Assembly (NCBI GenBank): GCA_963819655.1
Contig: CAWFXA010000003.1
Location: forward strand, 979,163 to 1,043,162
Direction of reading: 5' to 3'
From: an uncultured Chloroflexia bacterium
GTDB taxonomy: Bacteria; Chloroflexota; Limnocylindria; Limnocylindrales; CSP1-4
DNA: 64,000 bases
The number at the start of each line of letters is the position of its first letter. Position 1 is the first letter of the stretch. Shown here piece by piece: positions 37,494-47,767 of the stretch. The position numbers and the translations under genes are program-made. The notes below the pieces were generated by a model. The model did not search any database, had not been told where the DNA came from, and was given only the letters and a program-made list of their open reading frames with translations.

Positions 37494-40052
37494 CTAATTC
37501 AGCGAGATGAACCCGTCGACGTCGACCCGGGGATGACGGGCGGTCCCGACGACGCGGACCATGATCGTGCGCGTGGCACTCGCCGCCCAGCGGCGTTCGA
37601 ACACGACCCGCGGCGTGCCGGTCACCGGCGCGTACAAGTCCACGGTCGTCGCGTACACGCCGTTGATGTAGATCCGTGCCTGCCCGCGAGTCGGTCCGAC
37701 AGGAGCGACCAGTGCGAGCCCGTACCCGGTCCGTCTGAATGTCGCCGTCCGGCCTGCCACTGACGCCGCGCGCGTCTTGCCGCCCCAGTACGACGCACTC
37801 GTACTCGTCCCCCACGATCCCCCGTAGGTGACGGCGGTGCTCGACTCCTGGTACGCGACGAAGCGACGCGTCGGAGACGAGATCCAGGCGCTCGCCCGAC
37901 CCACGCCATCGATGGCGCGGATCCGGTAGGCGTATGTGCGACCGGGGACGACCGCGCGATCGATGGAGGGCGACGGCCAGGTTGTACTGACCGTCGCCCA
38001 TGCTCCCCCGTTGATCCGCTGCTGGATCTCGTATCTGGCGATCCCGGAACCGAGGTCAGTTCCCGTCCAGGTGACGCGGGCAGGGACCGTCGTACCGACG
38101 CCGGATCCCTTGGCGAACCCGATAGCAGGAGTCGTGACCGTCGGCGAAGCGGTATCGAGCGAGATCGTGTCCGTCCGCGACGCCGACGCGCGACCATCCG
38201 TATAGCGCCACCGAGCGTGCACAGTCCGGGGACCGTTGCCCGGCTGGAGGGTCCACGACACGGATGACGCCCACGGCAGGGCCGCCCAGCTCACGCCGTC
38301 GTTCGACAGCTCGATGTATTCGACTCCCGTCTGGCTGGGGATCGGCACGTCGACGAGCACGTCCGGCGTCGATGTCCAGGAGGCGCCGCCGGCGATCGAG
38401 ACGGTGCCGGCCGGTATGCCGCGGTCGAGGACGATCGTGTCGGTCTTCATCTCGCTCCAGCGCCCCAGGACGTCCGCCCATTTGATCCAGATGGTTCGCA
38501 CGCCATCCGCGTCGTCGCCGTACCACGGCGCGGTCAACCAGGCCGTGATCTCCGGCGTGTAGGGCTGCGTATGGAACCGTCGGATGTCGTTGGGATCCGT
38601 CGATATCCAGAGCGCCGTCGCACCGACGGCAGGGACCGCGACAGTCACGATCGGGTCGTCGGTCATCGCATCGCCGCCATTGATCACGACGTCCCCGGTG
38701 GACAGGGCGGGCTGGATCGTGACCGAGGTCAACGCCGAGGTCGACGGCAGATAGGCCGCGTCGCCGTGAAAACGACCCTCGAACTGATACGTCCCTGCGG
38801 CTCGACCGGGCAGCGTGACGTCGAGCCCGCCGCCGGATCCCGATCCGCGGAGCACCATCCCGGCCGGGGTCTTCTCCCACAGCTCGACCGTCCCGGTCAC
38901 GTCAGTCCTGTCCTTGTGCACAGACACCCCGATCCGGACGGGCTCGTTGGCGATGTACGTCTGCTGGAGCCCGATCGTCGTCTGCGTGTCGTTCTTGGCG
39001 ATGACCGTGTGCCCGGTGTCCTCGGAGGCGGTGAACGATGAGACCTCGAACGGCTGGTAGCGGAGGCGGACGTCGGACTCGCCGCCGTAGTCGCTGGTGA
39101 ATTGGACGCGGTACTTCCCGTCCGGGTCCAGGTCCCAGTGGAAGTCGATGTCCATTGCACCGACAGCACGCTCGACGCCGTCGTCTGCCGTGACATAGAC
39201 GCGGATCCGGCCCGGCCTCAGCTGCTCTGGCAGCAAGGTGAAATCGATCGCCGACGCGCTATCGACGTGTGCCGGCTCGATGTCGTCGATCGCCAAGGTC
39301 GTCTGGACCGTCGGCTCATCCTGGATGCGGTCCTCCGGCATGGTGAATTGGTCGTACAGGCGCACCTGATCGATATCCCCGACGAAGCCTGGCCCGCAGC
39401 CGCCGTCCGCCCCACCGATGACCAGGGGTTCGGCGCCGCTGCCCGCGTAATCGACGCCTTCGGTCTGGCCGTGCGGGCTGGTCGCGACGTTCCACCCATC
39501 CACGCGGATGCCGACGCTCCCCCACCCATCGGACCGGCCGACGATCTGGAGCTCGACGTGATGCCAGGAGCCGTCCCACAGGGACGCGAGCGCCATGTCC
39601 GGATGCGTGGCGACGACCTGTACCCCAGTCGACGCTCGAAGGTCGCGATAGTGGACGGCGACGTAGCGCCCATCGACGACCATCGCGTAGCCACCGCCGC
39701 CGCACAGGATCGAGCCCTTGTCGACGATGACCTCGCCATCCTCGGGAGGCGTGTCGGGATCGCCACGGAGCCACAGATCGACCGTCACCTGGAGTCCACG
39801 CTGGGCCGCCGCATCCGGGATCGTGACGCGATCCGAGCCGTCGAAGTGGAACGCGCGACCGACGTGTCCGTCGGCGACGGAAGTCGCGCCCGCGATAGTG
39901 CCGTTCATCGACCCGATCGCGTCATCCGCAACGGTGCCGCTCGCCTCGTCGAATGCCCAGCGCGCGGTCGGTACACCGGGCGCTGCAAGGACGGCCGTCG
40001 CCATCGCCGCTGAGGCCAGGAGTAGTACGAATGGCGGCAACGCGCGGTACAT
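37494..40052 (-). CDS. Secreted LamG/ConA-like, Ig-like and FN3 multidomain protein
   Basis: Signal peptide; WAFDEASGT..D, WHHV, FVGDIDQVRLYD; SGIARYEIQ, YRIRAID. Confidence 0.8.
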   Translation of the reverse strand: MYRALPPFVLLLASAAMATAVLAAPGVPTARWAFDEASGTVADDAIGSMNGTIAGATSVADGHVGRAFHFDGSDRVTIPDAAAQRGLQVTVDLWLRGDPDTPPEDGEVIVDKGSILCGGGGYAMVVDGRYVAVHYRDLRASTGVQVVATHPDMALASLWDGSWHHVELQIVGRSDGWGSVGIRVDGWNVATSPHGQTEGVDYAGSGAEPLVIGGADGGCGPGFVGDIDQVRLYDQFTMPEDRIQDEPTVQTTLAIDDIEPAHVDSASAIDFTLLPEQLRPGRIRVYVTADDGVERAVGAMDIDFHWDLDPDGKYRVQFTSDYGGESDVRLRYQPFEVSSFTASEDTGHTVIAKNDTQTTIGLQQTYIANEPVRIGVSVHKDRTDVTGTVELWEKTPAGMVLRGSGSGGGLDVTLPGRAAGTYQFEGRFHGDAAYLPSTSALTSVTIQPALSTGDVVINGGDAMTDDPIVTVAVPAVGATALWISTDPNDIRRFHTQPYTPEITAWLTAPWYGDDADGVRTIWIKWADVLGRWSEMKTDTIVLDRGIPAGTVSIAGGASWTSTPDVLVDVPIPSQTGVEYIELSNDGVSWAALPWASSVSWTLQPGNGPRTVHARWRYTDGRASASRTDTISLDTASPTVTTPAIGFAKGSGVGTTVPARVTWTGTDLGSGIARYEIQQRINGGAWATVSTTWPSPSIDRAVVPGRTYAYRIRAIDGVGRASAWISSPTRRFVAYQESSTAVTYGGSWGTSTSASYWGGKTRAASVAGRTATFRRTGYGLALVAPVGPTRGQARIYINGVYATTVDLYAPVTGTPRVVFERRWAASATRTIMVRVVGTARHPRVDVDGFISLN

Positions 40053-40211
40053 CGGGCGCGGAGCGTACGGTGCCCCGGTACGGGACGTCCATACTTTGGA
40101 GTCTGTCGGCGGGCCGTCATCCGCGGTTCGCGTTGCGACTGGTCAACGAGCCGCCGATCGAGGTTCGACACGGGCCTGGCGTTGAGGCACCACTGGCGCA
40201 GGAGGTGACAC

Positions 40212-40664
40212 ATGACCTTCGCATTGATGAGCCCGGCCTTCGACGATGGCGCCGCGATCCCGCGGACGTTCAGCTGTGACGGCGACGACGTCTCGCCGCC
40301 GCTCGAATGGAGCGATGCGCCCGACAAGACGGCCGCGCTGGCGCTGATCGTCGACGACCCGGACGCGCGTGGCTTCGTGCACTGGGTGGTGTTCGACATG
40401 GTCGGGTCGCAGAGCGGCGGCCTTCCCGAAGGCGTCTCGGCGTCGCCGGACGCTCCCCCGCAAGGCACCAACGACTTTCGCCGCGTCGGCTGGGGCGGCC
40501 CGTGCCCGCCGTCCGGGACCCATCGATACCGGTTCACGCTGTACGCGCTCGATGACGTGCTGGGCCTGGCCGAAACGCCGACAACCGACGAGGTAAGAGC
40601 GGCGATGCAGAACCACGTCGTCGGCGAGGCCGAGTTGAACGCGACCTACACCCGCCAGCGTTGA
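40212..40664 (+). CDS. YbhB/YbcL PEBP (Raf kinase inhibitor-like) protein
   Basis: SPPLEW, DDPDA, FVHW, GPCPPSGTHRYRF. Confidence 0.93.
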   Translation: MTFALMSPAFDDGAAIPRTFSCDGDDVSPPLEWSDAPDKTAALALIVDDPDARGFVHWVVFDMVGSQSGGLPEGVSASPDAPPQGTNDFRRVGWGGPCPPSGTHRYRFTLYALDDVLGLAETPTTDEVRAAMQNHVVGEAELNATYTRQR

Positions 40665-40698
40665 TCGCTAGCCCGCCAGAGCTGTCTGTGAGGCGGCA

Positions 40699-41589
40699 TT
40701 GCTTCAATCCCTGATCGATCAGATCTTCCTGATCGTGCTCGCCGTCTTCGCCGCAGCTTCGTTGGTGATCGTCGGCTCACTCCGAACCCGCTTACGTGCG
40801 TCGATCGCGGCCGATCCTCGAGGGATGCGCAACGCGCTGATCGCGGGCGTCGCGTTGTCGGCGCTTCTCGCATGCGCGAACGTCCTCGTCGCGGTGGCAG
40901 CCCTCATTCCCAGTTCTCGGGAGGGGTTCTGGGCCCAGTACTTGCTGGTCCCGTTCCTGTACCTGGCCGGTCTCGTTTCACTCGCACTGCTCGACAGCTA
41001 CGCCATCTGGCCGGCTCGCCCGGGGAATCGCGGCGCCGCCGTGGCGCGTGGTCTGCTGAGCTTCATTTTCGTGGTAGCCGGCGTCTTCACCATAGCCTCG
41101 GCGGCCAGCGGGGCAGCGCAGGTGGCGGAGCAAGCGGCCCAAGAGGAGGAAAGTGAAGCCGTCAAGGCGCGATCTGCGGGATTGTCGATGGTGATCTCGG
41201 TGGTCGATGCACAGCTCGGAGCATCGACAGTCAACGGCAGGATCGTGTCCCACCTCACGCTCGACGTGGCCATCCGTTCGACAACGGGAATCGAACTCCG
41301 GCAAGCGGAGCCAGGGTCCGGCTATCACTGGATCAACGTGGCTCCACCCGGTACCGGGTTCCCACTCCAACCCGAGGCAGGATTGGGCCTCCCCGCGCAC
41401 ATCCCCGCGGGCTCCGATGAAACCTACCGTCTCGAGGTGCCCATCGACGAGTTGCGGCTCGAGCCTTCAGATGAATTCACAACCGGGACATGGACGGCCT
41501 CACTGTTCCTCGAGGGGAGCGGCGGCGCACCGGGATCGCGGCCCATGTACGAGACCAGGACCTCGTTCGTGGTTCCCGATACGCCGTAG
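40699..41589 (+). CDS. Hypothetical membrane protein (4 TM plus extracellular beta domain)
   Basis: Hydrophobic helices; fills the gap between PEBP and ettA. Confidence 0.6.
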   Translation: MLQSLIDQIFLIVLAVFAAASLVIVGSLRTRLRASIAADPRGMRNALIAGVALSALLACANVLVAVAALIPSSREGFWAQYLLVPFLYLAGLVSLALLDSYAIWPARPGNRGAAVARGLLSFIFVVAGVFTIASAASGAAQVAEQAAQEEESEAVKARSAGLSMVISVVDAQLGASTVNGRIVSHLTLDVAIRSTTGIELRQAEPGSGYHWINVAPPGTGFPLQPEAGLGLPAHIPAGSDETYRLEVPIDELRLEPSDEFTTGTWTASLFLEGSGGAPGSRPMYETRTSFVVPDTP

Positions 41590-41640
41590 GCGTCCGCCGC
41601 AGCGCCGACTTGCGGCCTCGCGCCGTACCCTTGGACGGAC

Positions 41641-43318
41641 ATGCCAGCCGAATTCATCTACACGACGTACCGGCTCGCCCGGCACTACCCGCCCGACCGG
41701 ACCGTCCTCGAGGACATCTCGCTCAGCTTCTACCCGGGCGCCAAGATCGGCGTCATCGGGCCGAACGGCGCGGGCAAGTCGAGCCTGCTGCGGATCATGG
41801 CCGGGCTCGACGACGGGTTCACGGGCGACGCCCGCCTGACGCCCGGCTTCAGCGTCGGCTACCTCGATCAGGAACCGCAACTGGACCCGAGCAAAGACGT
41901 GAAGGGCAACGTTCTCGACGGCGTCCGCCCCGTCCAGGACCTCATCGACCAGTACAACGCCGTCATGGCCAAGTGGTCCGACCCCGACGCCGACTACGAG
42001 GCGGTCGGCGCCGAGCAGTCAGCACTCGAGGACAGGATCAACGCCGCCGATGCGTGGAACCTCGAGCGCAACGTCGACATCGCGACGGACGCGCTGCGCT
42101 GCCCTCCGGACGACCAGGACGTCAGCACGCTTAGCGGCGGCGAGCGACGCCGCGTGGCCCTGGCAAGGCTCCTCCTCCAGCACCCGGACCTGCTGCTGCT
42201 CGACGAGCCGACGAACCACCTCGACGCCGAGTCGGTCGACTGGCTCGAGCGTTTCCTCGACGAGTACAGCGGCACGGTCGTGGCCGTCACCCACGACCGC
42301 TACTTCCTCGACAACGTCGCGAAGTGGATCCTCGAGCTCGAGCGCGGCCGCGGCATCCCCTTCTCCGGCAACTACTCGAGCTGGCTGGAGCAGAAGCTCG
42401 AGCGCCTGTCGCGCGAGCAGAAGACGGCCGACGCGCGCCAGCGGACGCTCGCCCGCGAGCTCGAATGGGTGCGCTCGTCGGCGAGGGCCCGCCAGTCGAA
42501 GGGCAAGGCACGCCTGACGTCGTACGAGCAGCTGCTGGCCGAGTCGAACGACGCGAAGCGCACCGAGCGCGAGCTCGAGATCGCCATCCCGCCCGGACCG
42601 CGCCTCGGCGACCAGGTCATCGAGGTCGACGGACTGCGCAAGGGCTTCGGCGACCGGCTGCTCATCGAGGACCTGACGTTCTCGCTGCCGCGCTCGGGCA
42701 TCGTCGGGATCATCGGCCCGAACGGCGCCGGCAAGACGACGCTGTTCCGGATGCTCGTCGGTCAGGAGCCGCCGGATGCCGGGTCGATCACGATCGGCGA
42801 CACGGTCGTGATGTCGCTACGTCGACCAGTCGCGCGACTCGCTGCGCGGCGACCTGACGGTCTTCCAGGAGATCACCGACGGCGTCGAGGCGATCAAGGT
42901 CGGTCCGCGCGAGGTGCCCGCGCGCGCGTACGTGTCGTCATTCAACTTCCGGGGCACCGACCAGCAGAAGATGGTCGGCCAGCTGTCGGGCGGCGAGCGC
43001 AACCGGGTCCACCTCGCCAAGCTGCTCCAGTCGGGCGGCAACGTGCTGCTGCTCGACGAGCCGACCAACGACCTCGACGTCGATACGCTGCGCGCGCTCG
43101 AGACCGGGCTCGAGTCGTTCCCGGGCTGCGTCGTCGTCATCAGCCACGACCGCTGGTTCCTCGACCGGATCGCGACCCACATCCTCGCCTTCGAGGGCGA
43201 TTCGCAGGTGCGGTTCTTCGAGGGCAACGTCAGCGACTACGAGGCGTTCCGCCACAAGGAGCTGGGCACCGCCGCCGACCAGCCGCATCGCATCCGGTAC
43301 AAGCGGCTGGTGGCCTGA
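41641..43318 (+). CDS. ettA: Energy-dependent translational throttle EttA (ABC-F); one extra base near 42817
   Basis: [59 protein letters not shown]; 558 aa after correction. Confidence 0.95.
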
Positions 43319-43401
43319 CGCTGTTGATGCATATCTCCGGGCGGTCGGCGGACCTTCGGTAGCTGATGCGCATGGGCCGCATCAAGCGGCTGGTGGCGTA
43401 G
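43180..43401 (+). repeat. ettA 3' end plus downstream hairpin; left copy of ~220-bp direct repeat (att-like)
   Basis: Aligns with 51757-51977; contains the core CAAGCGGCTGGTGGC(CTGA/GTAG) twice (43300-43318, 43383-43401). Confidence 0.9.
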
Positions 43402-43432
43402 GCGGCAGGTGACCGCACGAGTCGCTTGGGCC

Positions 43433-43461
43433 TTGACCGCTTGGACGGGCCGTCGCATCCT
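43433..43461 (+). promoter_or_regulatory. Putative sigma70 promoter about 330 nt upstream of the sugar ABC operon
   Basis: TTGACC-17nt-CATCCT. Confidence 0.5.
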
Positions 43462-43794
43462 CCTACCGGCGCCAGCCGGCAACGCTGCCGGTCATTCGAG
43501 CAGACGCCATCGGGCCACCAAAGCCACTTCGAGTGAAAGGCGGTTGGTGGTGCGGTGTCGGAGCGCGATCGAACCTGACCGGGTAGACCCTGAGTCGGCA
43601 TCGTCGGATCGCGTCTCGTTCGGTTCGCTCAACGATCAATCAGCGATGGGAGTTCGCGTCGAAGAGGCGCGAGCCGCAATCCAGCCCCGTTCCGCGGCAT
43701 CGAGGCCGCGAGAGATCAAGGAGGTGACAGAGCCAACACCGGCGGTGACCGCGGCCCGCACCGCGGCTCCGAACGCGTAGGAGGAGGATCCCGG

Positions 43795-45081
43795 ATGAGG
43801 AACAGATCACTGGTGCTGCTTGGGGCGATGGTGATCGCCCTCGCGGCGGCCTGCAGCGGCGGCCAGGGCGCGAAGCCCGCGAAGCTGACGGTTGCGGCCC
43901 TCCAGGGCGATGAGAGCCTCGGATTGAAGGCGATCGCCGCAAGCTGCGGGACGCAGATCGGTACCACGATCGAGTTCGTGGACAACCCCTACGACGCCCT
44001 GTACGAGAAGCTCGTCACGACCTTCCAGGCGAACGACGGCACGTTCGACCTCGTCATGATCGACGATCCGTGGATGCCGAAGTTCGGCACTGACGGATCC
44101 TTCCAGGACCTTGGCCAATTCGGCATCAAGAGCGATCCCGACATCGCGCAGATCGTCTGGGATGTCGGCACCTGGCCGCCCCCGCACGGCGCCGTGCCAC
44201 CCAGCGAGAAGGGCAAGCCTGCCCAGCTGCTCGGCGTGACGGTCGTCGGCAACGTCCAGATGTTCATGAACCGCACAGACATCCTGCCTGCCCCCAAGAC
44301 CTACGATGAGGTGCTGGCCAACGCGAAGGCCCAGGACAAAGCCGACTTCGCGGGCTACATCATCCGGGGCAAGGCCACCAACCCCGTGACCGCGGACTTC
44401 CTGCCGATCCTTTGGTCGTTCGGTGGGGACGTCTTCGACGAGGACTGGAACGTCGTCTTCGACAACGACGCATCCAAGGCCGCTATCAAGTTCCTTGTCG
44501 AGGACCTCAAGGCCGCCGCCCAGGATGACCCGGCCAATACCGACGCCGCCGATCGATCGCAGCTCTTCTCCACGGGGAAGGGTCTGCAGTCGTCCGTGTG
44601 GCCCGGCGAGATCGCCGGCATCGTCAACAACGCGGAGACGTCGCAAGTCATCGGCAAGGCCGAATACACACCGATCCCGGCCGGCCCATCGGGCAAGGGC
44701 ATCGGCATGATGGGCAACTGGATGCTTGCCATCCCGAAGGCATCGAAGAACGGCGCTACCGCAGCTGAGTTCATCAAGTGCGCGATGTCCGCCGACTCCC
44801 AGAAGGTGATGGCGGCCAACAAGGGCATCCCGTCGCGGACCAGCGTGCTGAACGACGCCGCGCTCGGCGAGGCCAACCCGTACTTCCCCGTCTTGGCGCA
44901 GGCCCTGACGGTGCCTCCCAACTGGCGTCCTCGAACCGACCAATGGAACGCCGTCGAGAAGATCATCGGAACGCATCTCAACAACGCCCTCGCGGGTGGC
45001 GAGACGGCCGATGATGTCGCGACCAAGGCGTCCGCAGAGATCCGGACCCTGATGCAGGGAGCCGGCTATCCGACCCAGTAG
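43795..45081 (+). CDS. Sugar ABC transporter substrate-binding lipoprotein
   Basis: LAAAC lipobox, FDLVMIDDPW, PKTYDE, IPSRTSV. Confidence 0.92.
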   Translation: MRNRSLVLLGAMVIALAAACSGGQGAKPAKLTVAALQGDESLGLKAIAASCGTQIGTTIEFVDNPYDALYEKLVTTFQANDGTFDLVMIDDPWMPKFGTDGSFQDLGQFGIKSDPDIAQIVWDVGTWPPPHGAVPPSEKGKPAQLLGVTVVGNVQMFMNRTDILPAPKTYDEVLANAKAQDKADFAGYIIRGKATNPVTADFLPILWSFGGDVFDEDWNVVFDNDASKAAIKFLVEDLKAAAQDDPANTDAADRSQLFSTGKGLQSSVWPGEIAGIVNNAETSQVIGKAEYTPIPAGPSGKGIGMMGNWMLAIPKASKNGATAAEFIKCAMSADSQKVMAANKGIPSRTSVLNDAALGEANPYFPVLAQALTVPPNWRPRTDQWNAVEKIIGTHLNNALAGGETADDVATKASAEIRTLMQGAGYPTQ

Positions 45082-45105
45082 TCCAGTCATAGCGGCAATG
45101 TCCAA

Positions 45106-45147
45106 GGCCGGCCGGCCCGCGGTCCTCGCACCGCGGCCCGGCCGGCC
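45106..45147 (+). other. Strong intercistronic stem-loop after the SBP gene (mRNA stabiliser/attenuator)
   Basis: ggccggccgg-cccgcggt-loop-accgcgg-cccggccggcc. Confidence 0.65.
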
Positions 45148-45159
45148 ACGGTATTTCTC

Positions 45160-46065
45160 ATGACGACGATCGCCGCGCGCCTCCGGATCGGACCGGGCGC
45201 CACCGCGACCAGGCATGAGCGGCTGGCCTACCGGCTGCTGCTGCCCGTCTTCGGGACGGTCGTGGTGGTCGCCACGATCCCGTTCGTCCTGGCTGTCATC
45301 GAGTCGGTCACGCGCGCGGGCGAGTTCGTCGGTCTCGCGAACTACGTCCGTGCTCTGAGCAACCCGGGGCTCGCCGAGTCGGTGCGCCAGACCGCGATCT
45401 ACGGTCTGATCGTCGTCCCGTCCGAGATCCTGCTCGGACTGGGCCTCGCCCTGCTCGTCCACAAGACGATCCGATCGGCAGCCGTGAAGGCGACGATCTA
45501 CGTCCTGGCCATCATCCCGATCGTCATCCCCGGTGTCGCGGCCGGCGTGATCTTCCGGCTCATCTATGCCCCGGAGTACGGCCTGCTGAACTTCATCCTC
45601 GAGCAGCTCGGGCTCATCCAGCGGCAGATCCTCTGGCTGTCCGTGCCGCCGCTGGCGATGTTTTCCGTGGCCAGCGTCGACATCTGGCAGTGGACCGCCT
45701 TCGTCTATCTCGTCCTCTTCGCCGGGCTCCAGACCGTGCCGCACGAATCGGTCGAGGCGGCCCAGGTGGACGGGGCCAGCGCATGGGCGCAATTCCGGCA
45801 CATCGAGCTTCCGTTCATCCGACCGCTCGTGCTGCTGGTGCTGTTCTTCCGGATCGCCGACGTGTTACGGGTCTTCGACCACGTCTTCATCCTGACCGGC
45901 GGCGGGCCCGGCACCACCACCGAGTTCCTCAGCATCTACCTCTATCGGATCGCCTTCAAGTTCTCGGATCTGCCGCAGGCGTCGGCCCTCGCGGTCATGA
46001 TGATGGTCGGGATGACGGTCTTCTACACGGTCATCCTCCGGTTCATGCCCCTCGAGACCGACTGA
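45160..46065 (+). CDS. Sugar ABC transporter permease
   Basis: FVGLANY, DIWQWT, EAAQVDGA, LTGGGPG. Confidence 0.93.
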   Translation: MTTIAARLRIGPGATATRHERLAYRLLLPVFGTVVVVATIPFVLAVIESVTRAGEFVGLANYVRALSNPGLAESVRQTAIYGLIVVPSEILLGLGLALLVHKTIRSAAVKATIYVLAIIPIVIPGVAAGVIFRLIYAPEYGLLNFILEQLGLIQRQILWLSVPPLAMFSVASVDIWQWTAFVYLVLFAGLQTVPHESVEAAQVDGASAWAQFRHIELPFIRPLVLLVLFFRIADVLRVFDHVFILTGGGPGTTTEFLSIYLYRIAFKFSDLPQASALAVMMMVGMTVFYTVILRFMPLETD

Positions 46066-46907
46066 TGCGACGAGGACGCCCGCTGACAAGGGTCCTGACG
46101 GTGATCGCGTTGCTGGCCGTCGGGTTCATCTTCTTCTCTCCGCTCTATGTCCTCGTCGCAACGTCGCTCAAGACCAAGGCCGAGCTGTTCCTGCCCGAGC
46201 CGACGGTGATCCCACAGAACCCGTCGCTGGCGGCCTACGAGAATGTGCTGTTCGGCCGGAACATGATCACCCTGCTCGGGAACAGCGTGATCGTGTGCCT
46301 TATCTCGACCGTCCTGTCGCTCATCATCGCGATGGCGATCTGCTACCCGATCACCCGCCTGCCGACCTCCCGTCGGACACGGGCAGCCGTCATGAACTGG
46401 GCGCTCTCGCTCCGGTTCCTGGCGCCGATCGCGGTGGTCATCCCGTACTTCACGATCGTCCGCACGCTCGGGATCTACAACCAGCTGCCCGCCCTGATCC
46501 TCGCCTACACGATCTTCAACCTGCCGCTGTCGATCTGGATGCTCAGAGGTTTCCTGCGGGAGATCCCCCTCGAGATCGAGGACGCGGCCCTGGTCGATGG
46601 TGCGAGTCGCTGGCAGGCCTTCCGCCACGTGCTCCTGCCGATGAGCCGCATCGGTGTCGTGGCCGCCGGGATCATCGTGTTCGCCTTCGACTGGGCCGAA
46701 TTCCAGTTCGCCTTCATCCTGACCGCGACACCCCAGGCCCAGACCTTCCCGGTCGGGGTCGCCGGGCTCGTGACGCAATTCGAGATCATCTGGAACGAGA
46801 TGGCCGCGGCGGCGGTCATCGCGATCATCATCCCGGTCATCGTGATGTTCGCGGCCCGACGCCACGTCACGGCCGGGCTGACGTTCGGCGTCATCCGCGA
46901 GAAGTAG
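46065..46907 (+). CDS. Carbohydrate ABC transporter permease
   Basis: FNLPLSIWML, EIEDAALVDGAS, AGLTFG. Confidence 0.93.
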   Translation: MRRGRPLTRVLTVIALLAVGFIFFSPLYVLVATSLKTKAELFLPEPTVIPQNPSLAAYENVLFGRNMITLLGNSVIVCLISTVLSLIIAMAICYPITRLPTSRRTRAAVMNWALSLRFLAPIAVVIPYFTIVRTLGIYNQLPALILAYTIFNLPLSIWMLRGFLREIPLEIEDAALVDGASRWQAFRHVLLPMSRIGVVAAGIIVFAFDWAEFQFAFILTATPQAQTFPVGVAGLVTQFEIIWNEMAAAAVIAIIIPVIVMFAARRHVTAGLTFGVIREK

Positions 46908-46924
46908 GCAGAGAAGGGCGATCG

Positions 46925-47767
46925 ATGGCAGGGGCCGACGGCCGTTCGGCGACGGGGATCTACCTCAACGGCGCGACCATCATGACCACCCGGACCGCCC
47001 GTCACATCGAGGTCGCCCGTGCGGCCGGCTTCGATGGCGTGGAGGTACGCGCCGAGCGACTCCTCGACGCGCCCGACGAGGTCCGCGAGGCGGCCGCCGT
47101 CGTCAAGCCCGGCGAGGTGTGGAGCCTGAACGGGATCCAGCTCCAGCTCGGGTCGGACGGACGGCTCGACCACGAACGACTCGAGGCCGAGCTGCCGCCA
47201 CGGCTCGAGATCTGTCGATCCCTCGGTGCGTCCTATCTGCTCGTGGTGCCGCCGCGTGCACCGGGCGCCGAACAGGCCCCGTCGGTCGTCGCGATGCGCG
47301 AGGGTCTCGCCCGCATCCGGGACGCCGCCGCGATCGTCGAGGCGGGCACGGCATTCGAGTTCCTCGGATTCGCGGACTGCCCGATCGACACGCCGGAGCT
47401 CGCGGCGGAGGTCGTGTCGTCCGTGCCGGGCGTCGAGCTCGTGCTGGACTCGTGCCATTGGCACGCCAGCGGCGCCGGCTCGCTCGACGAATTCCCGGTC
47501 GATCGCTTGGCGATGGTCCACCTCAACGATGCACCGCCAAAGCCTCCGCGCGAGATCGAGGATGCGGATCGCGTGTTACCGGGCGGCGGCGTGATCCGTC
47601 TCGCCGACCTGGTGGCGGACCTCACCGGACGCGGCTACCGTGGAGCGTGGAGTCTCGAGACGTTCAATCCCTCGTACTGGGTGGACGACCCGATGGAGAT
47701 CGCAACGATCGGCCGGCGTCTCCTCGGCGACCTGCTTGATCCGCCCGCCACCGGGAGCCGGATATGA
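46925..47767 (+). CDS. Sugar phosphate isomerase/epimerase (AP2Ec TIM barrel, IolI-like)
   Basis: AGFDGVE, FEFLGF, LDSCH, VHLND, DADRVLPG, SLETFNP. Confidence 0.88.
   Translation: MAGADGRSATGIYLNGATIMTTRTARHIEVARAAGFDGVEVRAERLLDAPDEVREAAAVVKPGEVWSLNGIQLQLGSDGRLDHERLEAELPPRLEICRSLGASYLLVVPPRAPGAEQAPSVVAMREGLARIRDAAAIVEAGTAFEFLGFADCPIDTPELAAEVVSSVPGVELVLDSCHWHASGAGSLDEFPVDRLAMVHLNDAPPKPPREIEDADRVLPGGGVIRLADLVADLTGRGYRGAWSLETFNPSYWVDDPMEIATIGRRLLGDLLDPPATGSRI

Noticed and set aside
43795-46907. Sugar ABC operon lacking an ATPase
   Set aside because: Common; CUT1 systems often share an MsiK-like ATPase in trans.
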